Assembly (NCBI RefSeq): GCF_018977255.1 | Contig: NW_024704742.1 | Coordinates: 39,930,001-39,994,000 of the forward strand | DNA length: 64,000 nucleotides | From: Callorhinchus milii | Lineage: Eukaryota | Reading direction: 5' to 3' | In this document: in pieces, positions 38,299 to 52,038 of the stretch | Layout: each line of letters opens with the position of its first letter | How positions within the stretch are numbered: position 1 is the stretch's first letter | Program-made: the position numbers and the translations under genes | Notes under the pieces: generated by a model | Databases searched by the model: none | What the model was told of the DNA's origin: nothing | Seen by the model: only the letters and a program-made list of their open reading frames with translations

Positions 38299-39168
38299 AG
38301 TGATAAACCTACAGCAGAGACCAATAATCTAATGTCATGCTTTTGTTTCTAAGGATCAACAAATGCAATCACTTTGAGATGTCCACCCAACATGAAATAT
38401 AAATTGTATTGCATTGTAATTCAACGTAGGATTTTTTTTACACAACATTTGCATATGTTAATTATTTATTTTGTTTTCAAAGTTTATATTTCTCCAGAGA
38501 ATGTAAGTTTCTGCTCTGATTATGAATTGCAAACCAATTATAATCCTATTATAAAATTAAATCCAATTCCTCTTGTATTGACAGTATGGGCTACCCTGCA
38601 AGATCAAGAAAGGCTTTATTTGGGAACTGTTGAGAACTTGTTAAGGGCTTCCTGAAGGTCAACACCCCCAGTGTTAGAAATATTTTCACTGCTAATTCAG
38701 GTGAACCTTTGTTCACCCTGGAGTTTTTTTAAATTTGTTGTGTTGTGCTGCACATAAAAAGGAATATTATTTTAAAATGTCTTTTTGTACAAGGCGCATA
38801 AAGGTATATTATGTTATGAAAAACAGATTGTGCAGTTAACTGAACAATGAGCATCTGAGAAGAAACAGAATGCAATAATATTTCAAGTGTGAGTAACACT
38901 GTTGTGCTGGGATTCAAGTCTCAAATGCTAAGGAAACCCAAGTGGTAAAGGCAGTGTTAATAACTGTAGTTTCTGTGTTCCCACTATTAGTCACACAGTC
39001 ATGAAGTTTACATAACCCCCATTACCTTTGCCTAGTCTATAAAGTGAGCACTCTGTTTCAGACCTACACCCAATGACTCAGAAAAACAGTCACCACTAAT
39101 ATAAAGACTTTAAGAGTAATTTGGATTTTGGATTGGATAATAATTCACAATATACCATTTGTATAGGT

Positions 39169-40040
39169 ATTTTTTTTTTGTCAGCAGGTGTCTGACATAT
39201 GTGGAAACGCATCACCATGCTGAAGAACATCCAAATCAGACTAAGAGTTCCATGCATCCCACTTATACATGAAAATTCCAGAGATATTTATTGGAATGGA
39301 ATGCAGACGCTCTCCCTGGAGGGACGCATCCTGTTTACCTAATTCTGGAAAATATTAGGCACAGGATGGCAAGAATGAAGGCTTGGGAATCCCAAAGTGT
39401 GCGTTAGGATACTGCTGAAGTCTAAAACCTCATAGTTTGCCATTGAGAACGCTGCCTGGGAAGCTTTCCTGTTGCTTTTCCAGCTAGGACCACCCTATCT
39501 GTTAGGGCTTTGGCTTGCAAGGTTAACAGGAGCTGATGAGGGGTCTATGTCCCCAGTGACTGGTCTGTCCTTCTAAGTCCGCTGATGAGCCAGGCTGGCT
39601 ATACTGTCATTAACAGTGCTTGGAATACTGCGGACCAGCCTGGCTCAGGAACTGGACTACAGAGACCGCCACAGAGGGTGGGCTCAATTTTGACATCCAT
39701 TGCCAAATATGTCACCTTGGTGCCAGTTCAGCTCCAAAGAAACCCCCAAAGAGGATAGTCACTAGTTGGTTATTTGACAAGTGCAAGTTTGAGACCTCAC
39801 TAAGTGGATGGCAGGTACCAGGAACTCTCTGCGAGCTTCCATCTTCCTGTCCTCATCTCGGACGGACATCTCTTCCCACTGAGAGATGGTTCAATCAGGT
39901 GGAGCTGTGGAGCTCAGTTGCTTACCTCTCTGGAGACCAGTGAAAGTGGATTCCAAGCATTGGATGGAGTGCATGCTTCAAAGAGAGTCCTGTTGACCAG
40001 TGCTAGGAGAGCAGCTCCAAGGCAAATTGGTGATTCCTGG
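39169..40040 (-). mobile_element. Unclassified interspersed repeat, longest copy, A-tailed on the minus strand
   Basis: Aligns with 8021-8790 and 56995-57085 and is preceded by a T run. The right boundary is uncertain. Confidence 0.65.
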
Positions 40041-41069
40041 CTTTGATCCATTGTCACCCCTCACTCCCTCCATCATTCCGTGCCCGCCGCACCCCCCCCC
40101 AGGGGTTTTCAAGAGACCATGTAGGAGTGAAGCGAGTATTGACTTACGACCACTGTATATAGACTTTAGTGAGTCAAATTGTCAGATTTGCTCTGAAGCC
40201 AGGAGTCAAGTGCAAGACTGCTGTATGATATAAGCTGGCTCATTTAATGTGGCACAATTCATAGAATTGTGGAGATCTGTCACCAAACACGCAATAAGAA
40301 TGCAGCATCAGATGATTGAGAAATAATTTTGATTCCTACTTTCGAACCGTGCATCACCACTTACTGCAGGAATTCTGACCATTGGCTTTTGCATCACCAG
40401 ACATCACACATGGTGAGAACTGCAGCAAAGAGCTTGAAGACAGTTAAATTGTCTCTGCCATGTTGCTTCAGTAACATTGATAGTTTAACAATCTATATAG
40501 TTGGCTCTACATCCTTTATAATAAAAAGAATTAAATAGAAACAAAAACATTCAAACTCAGTAAACTGTAACACTTTTATCTGCCTTGCAGGAATTTACAC
40601 TGGACTTTCCTCTTGGCTGGATACTTCAGTGAGGCTTGAAATTTCACTAATCTTACCCTGTAAGACCATCTTGTTCTTAACATGTATGATTACCCAGAAT
40701 TATGGAATACACTTAAATGTATTCTTCATTCTTTTTTGATCATGCTTATGGTCACCTCCCCCATTCCTCTCCCCCTGGCTCAGGGTCAGACTCCGCCACT
40801 GGTCAAGTGCTCCAGGACCCTACCCCACGTGAAGGGCGCTATATAAATGCAAGTTGTTGTTCATTTAGAAGTTGGCTTCCTACAGTTCTTAAAAAGAACT
40901 GGTATACAAATGTAGGCTGAATTTTTAAAAAATGCACAATTCTGGTCAATCTGAAATTTTACTGCAAAATGGTCTTAAGTTTATCAACATATGTTATTGA
41001 CCGTCCTAACTGCTATCTGGTGAGACTATTAAGTGCCTCTTCTGGATTGGCTGCTTAAATGTTATAATA

Positions 41070-41375
41070 AATAATAAAAATAATCCTTGCTTTTCATATT
41101 GCATTTGATCATGTCATCGAGATGTCTCAAAGCACTTCACTGTAACCTATAGTGACTCTATGCTAATAGGTGACCATGGCAGCCGATTTGCTCCACAAAC
41201 AGCCATGAAGTGAATGACCAATATTTTTTTTGTCTAGGACACTTGGGGAAATTGCCTTCTCTTTTAAAATACTGTTGTGCCATGGGATCTTTCATGTCCA
41301 CCTGAACAGGCAGACGGGACCTCGGTTTAATATCTAATCTGAAGGATGGCATCTTTGACAATGCAGGGCTCCCCC
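41070..41375 (-). mobile_element. Older Deu-domain SINE, 3' two-thirds
   Basis: GCCATGGGATCTTTCATGTCCACCTGAACAGGCAGACGGGACCTCGGTTTAA. Confidence 0.75.
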
Positions 41376-42484
41376 ACCCTAACCCTAATCTCAACACTAC
41401 ATGATATGTTCGAAATTGTGAGCTGCACAGAGGAAAATTGTGACTCAGCCCCGACTGTTATATGAAATTTCTTCTTAATGGTCAGTATGACTAGCGGGAA
41501 AAAATTCCTAAAGGTCTAACAAATGACGAACTGCCCCGTCACGATTCTAGTCATCTTTGAGGAAGAATCAACTATCCCATTAATTAATAGCACTAAGAGC
41601 TGACACCCCATTTTTGTTTAGTCTGTACTCTAACCTTGAATAAATGTAGATCTAAACAATGCCAAGCTCTTTTGATCATTATTGCTTCATTTAATATTCC
41701 CTCAGGAGGTTTCATGATCTCTGGGAACAGTCTGAGGAACTGACCACACCTGTTGTGCTTAGGTTTCACACGTCTCTATCATTGCCTTGTTTCTCTTCTG
41801 TCATTTCCCCTGGGCAGCACTTGGTTTTTATCAATGACTTGCTTAAAGAGACTGTATCTCTTTTGTGTGAATTAAATAAGATGGGTTTAAAAATGATCAA
41901 AAGCAAATCCTTCATAATGTACTGTATTACTTACCTTGGTCCAACTAATTCAAAATGTTTTAAGTGAAATTCCTTAGAGGAAATATCATCCACGTGGAAC
42001 GAACACGTTTTTCTGAACAAACAATTGCCCTCTTGGCAGAACAGATACATATGCAACATTTTCATATAGAAAATCCATCATAGTAGTTGCCTTATGTTTA
42101 CTGAAGTTTGTTCTGTCTGTCACAGTAAAAGATGATTTATTTTTCTGACTAAGGTTGCCAATTGCCTTTTTTGCTTCTCAGCGTCAGTCTTTGATATCAG
42201 TTCAGGTGCAGAGTGGATCCGTCAGTGCAGCATCTGTTCACCCTCCTACAACTACTTCTCGATCATTCAGTCTAATGAACTTATTTTCACCTGGAATTCT
42301 GGTAAATTGCATACCATTCATTATAACATTATATTAACAATCCTTCAGATTACCTACAAATGCATAGTCATTACTCTTGATATCAATTACCTGTGAAGTG
42401 CTTTGACACAGTTTGATGTTATAGGTGCTACATCAAATCTAAGCTTTATTAATAATAGTAGTAGTATTATAAACTGATCATTAA

Positions 42485-42853
42485 TCCTGTAACATAGTGG
42501 TTAGAGTAGTCGCCTTGCAAGCGAGAGGACCCTGCCCGGACAGGGCGAAACTTTGGGCAAGTTTCCTTACTCCACACTCTTCTGTTGCAATAAGTAGGAA
42601 CTCAGTTGTTAGTTGATTGGCAAATCGCTTTTCCGGGCGTAATAATCCTTTTTTAAAAAAAAATTGAAAATTATAATAATTTGGTCACTCAATCTACAAC
42701 TGTTTGTGGGACACTGCTGTGCGCAATTGGCTGCCGCGTTTGCCCACAAAATATACAGTCAATTCACTTTACAGTATATTCTGTGAAGGACTTTTAGATG
42801 TCTCAAAGATGTGATAAGGCCTTGTATCGTATGCAAGGATTATTATTATTATT
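42485..42853 (+). mobile_element. tRNA-headed SINE, long subfamily
   Basis: Head, central segment, Deu core and (TTA)n tail. Confidence 0.88.
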
Positions 42854-43559
42854 TTTGTGTTTGTCGAATTGGTCTTCGAACACTCACTTTCTAGGCTCAC
42901 ACATGAACAATGATCACTTATTTAAGTGATGTATCAAAAAGCTCTCTGATGACCATAGGTTGTGCCTCAATAGAAGGGAAGAGAGAAGTCCAAATGCATG
43001 AAAATGTTCATAGCCAGAACTGTAATCTCTCAGAAAGAGACTGATAAAATGAGGATAAAATTTTATATTTTCAATGACTTAACAGTGTCAAAAAAGTTCA
43101 AAATTTCCATTGCACTGTTGCCACAAAGTGTGATGAACAATAACAAATATCTCACAGCTTGCATTCTATTACACATATCAAACATTTAAATGTAACATTA
43201 CAGGGATAGGACTGGAATGGATTTCTGAACAGCTATGACAAATAACACTGCAATTTACACCTAGGTTCCAACAACTCATTCACACTAATGGTTAAGATCT
43301 ACACTGTCGGGTGATTGTATTGGAATATTCTGAGAATGTAGTTTAATGTTTTTACAACGTTGGATCAATATAACTGAAATAATAAGAAATTTCATATCTA
43401 ACACTGAGCCACTGGACAAGGTATGTGCTTAATAAAATATAAATAAATTCCAGGTTCAACCCTCCGTGATTTATACTTTTTTTACTCTGAAATCTGCAAA
43501 GATTTGAATAGATGGAATAGTTGATTTTGCACATGAATCTACCACTTAAATATTCAAAT

Positions 43560-43700
43560 ATATTGTTTTTCACCCAGAGACTTGTTTGGATGTGGAATGC
43601 CTTGCCAAGTAATGAGGTAGAGGCAGAATCCGTTATGAGTTTCAAGAGGAAAGTATTCAAATGTATGAAAGATAGAGGCTTGAAGGATTTGGGGATAGAC
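43560..43700 (+). mobile_element. CR1 fragment
   Basis: FFTQRLVWMWNALPSNEVEAESVMSFKRK. Confidence 0.75.
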
Positions 43701-43974
43701 TATCTGTGACTATCTGATAGATTATCTGTGAGCCGGTGTCATACTTCAAATAAGACATTAAAACCAAGCTCTTGAGTGCCTGATCAAGTGGATTTTAAAG
43801 ATCCCATAACCCTATTTTTCTCTTTTTGGGGGGGAAAAATCTCCACTGTGAATTGTTTCCGACCTCCTGGGTCTAGTGGCGAGGATGTGGGTGGCTAGCT
43901 GACAACTCAGCTCTCAAAAAGGTCCCATCTGTTGGCTTTCTCAAAGGAAAAGCAATGTTAATTTTCTTTACTTT

Positions 43975-44440
43975 CCTGTGCATAGTGGTTAGTGCGCTCA
44001 CCTTGCAAGCGCGAGGACCTGGGCTCAATTCCCGGCCAGGGCGAAATTTTCCTTACTGCACATGCCTCTGTTTACCTAGCAGTAAGTGGGAACCCAGTTG
44101 TTAGTTGATTGACGGATTGTTTTCCAGGGGTAATAATCCCTCCAAAAACAAAAAAAATTTGGCGGGATCAATTAATAATAATATCACTACTACTTATAAA
44201 ACTTGCATTTGATACAGCACATATAATATCAAAGTGTGTCAAAGCACTTCACAGGGAATTGGTATCAAGAAGGTCAATCAATCCACAACTGTTTGTGGGA
44301 CACTGCTATGCGCAATTGGCTGCAGCATTTCACCCACAGAATATAGTCAATCAATCCACAATATATTCTGTGATGCGCCTCAAGACATCTCAACGATGTG
44401 ATAAGGCACCATATCAAACGCAAGGATTATTATTATTATA
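43975..44440 (+). mobile_element. tRNA-headed SINE, long subfamily, with an inverted SINE tail nested at ~44170-44260
   Basis: Head and core on the plus strand; CTTGCATTTGATACAGC in the opposite orientation inside. Confidence 0.75.
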
Positions 44441-44643
44441 TTTGAAAGAAAGAGTTTGTCCTGGTATCCTGGACAGCCTGTCAGATAAAACAAATGGTCA
44501 TTCATCTCCTGCCTGTTTGTGGAATGTTGTTATGTACTAATTGGCCGCCAAGTTTACCTACAATTACAATCACTGCACTTTACCAAAATCTTGTAGAGTA
44601 GTTTGTGACTTAAAGTGATGCAGTGCTGTAACAGATTTAAATA

Positions 44644-44885
44644 CAGTGGAATCCGCTTTAGCCGGACATTGGTTAAACTGGATATCAGGTAAATTGAACT
44701 AAACACCCGGTCCCGATTCATTTGTATTCTTACCAATTGTAAATATGCTGTCTAATTCAGTCAAAAACCCGCTTACTCCGGGCAAAATGCCACACTGGTC
44801 ACCACTGAATGCATTCACTTGGTCTTCAATGTGTCCAGCGGCTTCATTCAGCCACAAGGGGCTCCCGGATGTAGATGGGAGGAGT
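44644..44885. mobile_element. pogo/Tigger-like DNA transposon end fragment
   Basis: TA-CAGTGGAATCCGCTTTAGCCGGACA terminus; shares an internal segment with 54958-55005. Confidence 0.65.
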
Positions 44886-45056
44886 ATTGGTTATTTTCAA
44901 TCCACGACTGTTTGTGGGACACTGCTGTGCGCAATTGGCTGCTGCGTTTCGCCCACAAATATACAGTCAATTCACTTTATAGTCTATTCTGTGAAGCGCT
45001 TAGAGACGTCGAGAAGATGTGAAAAGCGCTATATCAAATGCAAGGATTATTATTAT
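44886..45056 (+). mobile_element. SINE 3' half
   Basis: Deu core and tail. Confidence 0.88.
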
Positions 45057-46452
45057 ATTATTTTTAAAAATTAAATCTGTCTTTTGGAAGTAATATTTTT
45101 GATTCTTTTGATCTATTTCAGACTGTTGAGAATAATTGCTTAAGTGTGATGAAAGACACATGATGAGTCGGCAGCAGAAAGCAAATCTACAGCAATTACA
45201 GATGGCTAATCGTTATTGCAGATTGCTGCTCAAACAATCCCAGTTTATTGGTGTTTGACATGACCAATTTCCCAAAAGAAAATGTAATGAATGAGAAAGT
45301 TCGAATTCTATCGATTTTCAGGTTTGTACTGTGCTTTGCTAGGTACACTGAAGAAATCCTATGTCATGCTGATGTTGTTTCTGGTGTATATTGCATGAGT
45401 GACCAAGGTCTATGCATCTCAGTTAACACTACCAGTGCAAGTTTAAGTGGGTTTGGTTTCCTCCACTGTGTAAAGACTGGCTGTTCACAGCTACCTAATC
45501 CCTTACTTGCCCCAAGTGATAAATCTGAAAACTACAAATACACAATGAACTCAAACCGGTACAGGGATGAGAGCGAGGACTTGCCAAGGTTTCTAAAGTG
45601 TCAGTGTGACTGAGGCTGCATTCCAGGCTAGAACAACAGTATTATTTTCTCTGCAACTAAGTGCAGTATTTTACCAGTAAAATCTGCTGGAACAGGTACT
45701 GAGAAATACTGAGGAGGCATGCAACTTCCCTTTTAAATTCAAAACAAGTTTTGGGCCAACTGATTTGTAAGGGAATAAATTAGATCTCCAACTAGAGCTA
45801 CAACAACTTGCATTTATATAAACTAAATTTGCCATTATTTGTATCTGAACAATGCATTTACATAACAAACTTCTGTGTACCACATTTTATTTGCAATCAA
45901 AGGAAACAGTTTTCATCAGGTACAATAAGAAAGATGATAAAATAAAGAATTACCTATTTGGAGCCTGGGAGAAATCAATGAAGAAGTATCCGAGATTCAA
46001 TTATCGTATTACTGACAAAATAGAGATGTGACAGAGTTAAAGTAGGCAGACTTTTACTTGCATTTTGTCTCAGAGGGCCAGAGAAGTGCTAGAAGAGGCT
46101 TCCCTACTTAGGAACAGAATTCAAATCATTGACAGACTTGGGTTACGTCCAGAGCAGGCAAATCTGATTGTCTGATTTTTCTAATACCAGGGTTTGACCT
46201 CAACCTGGAGAATTAAATTTGAAGCTGGTTTTCTATAAGTTTATTTTAAGAACCTCAGAAAAACTACTTCAACATAAAGACTAAATTCAACATTTGCCAA
46301 TATCTGGATTTCTAAGAAAATTAAAGTATACCAAAGTGGAATTTCTTCCTGTATATGGTCAAAATATTTTCAATGTTTCCCTTCATGCTACAAGATCTTG
46401 CAGTTAATAGATAGCAAAGGAAAATGTTCTCAAAAAAAACAATGTGTTGAAC

Positions 46453-46676
46453 ACTAATAATCATCCTTGTATTTGATATGCTTTATCATGTCTTCAGACG
46501 TCTCAAAGAGCTTCACAGAATATACTGTGAATTTACTGTATATTTTGTGGGTGAAACGCAGTAGGCAATTGCGCACAGCAGTGTACCACAAACAGTCGTG
46601 GATTGAGGGACTATTTTTTTTAAAGTGATTATTACTTCCGGAAAAGTGATCCGCTAATTGACTAACAACTGAGTTT
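46453..46676 (-). mobile_element. SINE 3' portion, long subfamily
   Basis: Tail, Deu core and part of the central segment. Confidence 0.8.
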
Positions 46677-47020
46677 CATTAAATGGAGATTACAGAGCCC
46701 AGTATTGTCTCCCAATAGGACATTAAGTCATAACAGGCTTCCAAAATCGTTGGCTCCTTTTTACATCAAATTGATTAATCTTTCAGAGATCATGGTTTGG
46801 ATCATCAATAACGTACAAAATAACAAACAATGTTATTTTGCATTCAGGAGTGTAAGCATTATAATTTCACAATGTTAGTGCCAAGAAATATACCGGCAAT
46901 TGCTCAGAAGAAGAAGCAAAATCAACACAGGCTAATCATATCTAACTCCTAAACCAATTGGTAAATTAGTGAAGGAACAAAGAGAGCATCTTACCATCAG
47001 AACCTCTGTCAGAAATAACA

Positions 47021-47052
47021 ATTGTAAGGAAGACCCTTATCTTCCTTACAAT
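47021..47052. repeat. Perfect 13-bp inverted repeat with a 6-nt spacer
   Basis: ATTGTAAGGAAGA-CCCTTA-TCTTCCTTACAAT. Confidence 0.95.
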
Positions 47053-47103
47053 GCACTCCAGGACACTATCGAATGTGAAGCGTGCTATAAATGCTATAAA
47101 CTT

Positions 47104-47178
47104 CTCTACAGCCAGGATCAGTGACAAATGTTTAATTATTATCTGTTTAAACATTTGTCACTGATCCTGGCTGTAGAG
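47104..47178. repeat. Perfect 32-bp inverted repeat with an 11-nt spacer
   Basis: CTCTACAGCCAGGATCAGTGACAAATGTTTAA (47104-47135) and its exact reverse complement (47147-47178). Confidence 0.97.
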
Positions 47179-47391
47179 GAGTTGGCTTAGAGCTGCCATT
47201 TAGCCTGAAAGTGAAGATCCCTTGTTAACTCGGGTGAGTTTCTGTTCATTTTTTCAAATGTCATAAGTGGAGATACAGCTTCCACCAATGATGTGATTAT
47301 TAGTTATAAAAAAATTGGTTTATTGTTATAACAAGTAAGGGAAGTTTAGTTTATAGTATATCTTGTGAAGCCCATCAACCCCTCTCTTTAT

Positions 47392-47518
47392 CTGCCGCGT
47401 TCGCCCACAAATATGCAGTCAATTCACTTTACAGTGGCTTCTGTGAAGCGCTTTGGGACGTCCTCTCGACGTGAAAAGCGCTATATCAAATGCAAGGATT
47501 ATTATTATTATTATTATT
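47392..47518 (+). mobile_element. SINE 3' terminal fragment
   Basis: CTGCCGCGTTCGCCCAC...CAAATGCAAGGA(TTA)n. Confidence 0.88.
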
Positions 47519-48604
47519 AAAGAGGCTATGAAAAGCAAGGTGCTCTCTATTTCTCAAGCCAGAGGCAAAAGCTTATGCCAAGTCTACGAAATAAAGATTA
47601 GTGGGACTTTTGGCCCATAGGAATAGAGAATGATGGGCAGAGTGAGAGCCATGATAAAGAAGGTTTCAGCTGGAGAAAATCTACTAAATCTGTTTGTGGA
47701 GTCCATGAGATATTAATGAGTGTCAGGTGTCCACTGGCGCCAACATAGCCAGGGCTGGAGTGCAACCACTTCTTTGGAGAGGTATCAGTTTTATGGAAAA
47801 GAAAACAAGTTTAAGTGTGAGAAATTTATCCTGTACATGTCTCCAAATAGCGGCACAGATTTCCCCAAAGAATCTCTGTAGAATTTACAACTTCCCAGAA
47901 TAACAAAAACATTCTCAATGTTACCCTTAGCTTATACACTAAAATATTCAGGAAACCATTTCTACCGTGCTTTCTGTATATTATTATGATTAATATCAGA
48001 ATATCAACTTTTACCCCATTTACATGGCAGATCCAGAATCAGTTTATATTTAGTTGAAACAAATGGTAAATCCTATTGTTGTGAATCACAGCTAAAGGAA
48101 CTGATAGAAAACAGCTTGAAAATTAAGGCTACGTTTAAAATTCTGGACACTCTAAAATGGTGCTTTAATGGAATAAATGTTGACCCAGATGTAATTTCTC
48201 CCCACTGAGTTTTAATACTGTTGCATAAAATGGTACTCCGGAAATCAGCCCACTTTGTTCTGCAGAGTGCATTCGAGAGCAATTGAAACATATATAAAAA
48301 AATGATGAGCATGTGAGCAAGGATACATATAGCATTGTTGCATACGTACCATTGTTTTGAATTCAAAACACTTCTGCACTGCACTTCTGGCCGATTTTCC
48401 TTTCCCATGCATTGATAAAGCAAACTGAAAGAGAACTTTGTGCTAGATCTAGGAGCAATGTGTGTAAAATTTCTGTTTCATTTTGATGAATGCAAATTTG
48501 TGACTTTATTTCAGTTCATGCAACTAAAATACAATAGATCCCTCTTCATAAGTCATGCAAACAGATTATTACAATTTATAAACCTACTCTATTAGTAAGG
48601 TTTA

Positions 48605-48922
48605 TGAGGACCTGGGTTGATTCCCGGGCGGGTCGAAACTGTAGGCAAGTTTCCTTACTCCACACCCCTTGGCTTACTAGCAGTAAGTAGAAACCCGGTT
48701 GTTAGTCGATTGGTGGATCGCTTTCTAGGGGTAATAATCCATAAAGAAATTTGGGGCACTGAATCCAAGACTGTGTGTAGAACACTGCTATTGCCTGCTG
48801 CGTTTCACCCACAAAATATACAATCAATACACTTTGACAATATGTTCTCTGAAGCACTTTGAGATATTTTAACAATGTGATAAGGCGCTATATCAAATCC
48901 AAGGATTATTATTGTTATTATT
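48605..48922 (+). mobile_element. tRNA-headed SINE, long subfamily, partial head
   Basis: GGCAAGTTTCCTTACTCCACAC, central segment and tail. Confidence 0.82.
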
Positions 48923-49293
48923 AAGGGGTAGTATCTATCTTTTGCCTAAACCGCCTCTATCTCCATGAAAATATAAGAGATAAAATGCTTTTTTCCATTC
49001 AGTATTCCAAGAACATACCAAAGTGCCTGGTATTTAGATTCTAAGCAAGCAGGGATAAACAACATCTGTTATATCAGTATTACAGTAAAGTGATACTGGA
49101 ACTCAACTTACTGTATTAAAATTAAATTAAATTGTGTCTTCAGCAACAATGACTTTTCCCATCTGGCTGTCAGTCAAATGCAGGACTGCAAAGAATGAGA
49201 CCCATGTTATTCCCAATGAAGCCACTTGTTATTAGGTGGTGAGTCCTCTCCATGGAGAAGAAATAAGCTTACATACAAAATTGTTTACAAAGT

Positions 49294-50610
49294 ACAACAA
49301 CAACAAACAACAACAAAATTACATTTATAGAGCGCCTTTCACATCGGGAGGTGCAGAGGCGCTGGCGCGAGCCAATCAGGAGGGCCTCAGTCTTGCTGAC
49401 GTTCAGCTGGAGAAAGTTGTCCTTTGTCCAGGACTTGACGTCTGACAGGCAGGCGGTCAGGAGGTCCGTAGTCCTGGAGTTGAGGGTGGAGGCAGAGAGA
49501 TGGAGTTGGGTGTCATCCACATACTTGTGAAAATTTACCCCATGTCTGAGAATGATGTCACCAAGGGGGAACATGTAGAGGGTGAAGAGGGGAATGAGGA
49601 CAGAGCCCTGAGGAACACCGCACAAAACTGTGCAGGGGCAGCAGAAGCCGTTTGCTGTGACGAAATGGAGGCAGTGTGAAAGGTAGGACCTGAACCAGTC
49701 AAGGACAGAATTTGGATGTTGAGGTGGGAGAGGTGGTGGTGGAGGATTGAGTGATCCAGTGTCAAAAGTGGCGGAGAGGTCGAGGACGAGGAACCCGAGG
49801 GAGCCCTGGTCACACATGGTCAGGATGTCATTTGTGACCTTGACCAGAGCAATTTCTGTGCTGTGGGCAGCATGGAAACACGATTAGAGGGAGTGGGAGG
49901 AGAGGAAAGAGCGAAGCTGGGAGGAAACGGCTCTCTCAAGCACCTTGGACAGAAAAGGGAGGTTGGAGATGGGCCGGTAGCTGGATAGCTGTGACGGGTC
50001 AAGGGAAGGTTTCAAGGTGGGGATGATAGTGGTTGTTTTGGGAGGGCAGTAGCAGCTGAGCAGATTCCCTTGATTTTGGACTCGAGGAAGTCCAGCATTT
50101 CCTCACAGTGAGTCGGAGGAAAGAATCCGCGAGGCGTGGTGGGGAGGGCAGAGGAGCCGGTTGGTGGTGGAGAACAGGAACCTGGGGTTGCCCTTCGCCT
50201 CCAGGATTAACCTGGAATAGAAGGACGATTTTGCCAAAGCGAGAGCGGAGCAGTAGGTTTTTATGTAGTCCAGCCAGATGTGCCAGTGAACTGTTAGACC
50301 GGATTTGAGCCAAGTGAGTTCGGCAGCCCACACCTGGCGTGAGCGCAGGTGGCTAGTGAATCAGGGTGAGGATCGGAAATAGGAGGCAGTTCGGGAGGTG
50401 AGGGGGCAAGGGCGTCAAGTGTGGTGGAGAGGGTACTGTGGAGGAGAGTAAATGCAGAGGATGGGTTGGTGCGGGAGGTGGGTCAGAGGGGGAAGAGTTC
50501 AGAGAACTCCAGAGGCGCGGAGAGGGATTGTAGGGAGATCGTTTTCCATGGGCAGTAGGAGATGGTGGTAGGTTTGGAGGCAGTTGGGAGAGGGATATAG
50601 GAGTAGCAGT
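49294..50610 (-). mobile_element. L2 LINE with internal deletions
   Basis: LDLSATFDT, GVPQGSVL and YVDDTQL RT motifs, joined directly to the L2 tail near 49350. Confidence 0.9.
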
Positions 50611-52038
50611 GTGATTGTTCTTTACCCCAAAAAATTAAGGAAGAAAGTGTAGGGAATACATCACCTTCTTCTTTAATGTAGAATGTTGCAAAGAGGTTTG
50701 TCTTGGTAAATGGGAAACTTACCCATTTAGGCACCATAGATGTCAACCTGGATCAGTTGGTACCACTCCATAATTCAGTGGTTCACAAATAAAAATGTTG
50801 GTAGCCCCAGTGTGTGGCCACTAATCTACTGGTGGCTGCAGTGTGACTATTCGCAATCTACATTACTTTTCCCCTTCGCGAGTCAACTGGTGTACAGAAA
50901 GAGAGCATATGCCTGACTGGCCACCCAGCCACCCTCACAGAGCTGCCTGGGAGGTGTAGTCCAGCCACCTCTTTCACAACAACAGCATTCATTCGAACCC
51001 CAAGGACCTGCATTTGAACACTGTCTAGTTAGTTGTAGTTCAAAGCTCTATTTAGTCTGGTTTCAACAATGCGAATTAGCACAAATTTAAGTGAGTTCCC
51101 ACTCCTCACTGCACCAGTTACATTTTTCTTAAAAAAAATCAGGTCTAACATTGCATAGCAAACAGCAGTTGTGAAGCAAAATGTATCCCGTCCCTCAAGA
51201 CTAGGAAAAGTATAATAATACTGTAGTAACGCATTGCAGTATCATTGACTGTGAGCTCAAAGTCCCAAAATGTGGTTGAACCCAAAACTCTGACCCAGAT
51301 GTGAGTGCTACCAACTGAGCCAAACCTACACAAACAGTTGACTAATATACCAATTCAAACTTGGGACCTTGCTGGTCTGCATGGCTCAGTAACACTCTTA
51401 TCAGTTTCCATCCCCAATTTAGTTTCTGTCTACATTTCTTGGAGAAGAACTGCTCATTATAATCCTTTTTTTAACCCATTTTAATGTAAACATACAACTC
51501 CTTTAAACTTCATGTCTACTAATATTTAACAAGAGTAAAACACAATGCTTATTGAGTGTCTGGTATAAAACCTTGACTGGTGAGTGGATATTGCATTAAA
51601 CAGATACGTAATGAAATAGCAATTCCGTTTTGGTAAATCCTGTTGATTCTATTTGTTATAAGCAGACAAACATATTAACATAACAGATAAAAGCATTTTT
51701 CAATACCCACATCAAATTTACAACATCCAACAATTACTTTTCTGTTGCAACATTCAGGCTAGTAATACTTTCAAGCTGCTTGGGTTCTGCAATCCTTAAA
51801 AAGAATTACAGTACATTGAGCAAAGGGATTGGCATGGGAAGCCTGTAATCAGATTGCAGTAACAATACTTCCATGCACAATACCAAACAAAAATATATTT
51901 TTTAAAAATCCAAACATTTTTTAAAAATGAATTGAGGCTTCATTTGTATTGCAAATAATATGCATTTAGCTACTGCTGGTACATCAATAGGAATAGTTTA
52001 TAATGTCACAGCAGAACTGAATGCTATGCAGATTTGCA

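Noticed and set aside
50776..50990. Possible hAT-type terminus CAGTGGTTCACAAA
   Set aside because: No matching second TIR or 8-bp TSD could be identified.
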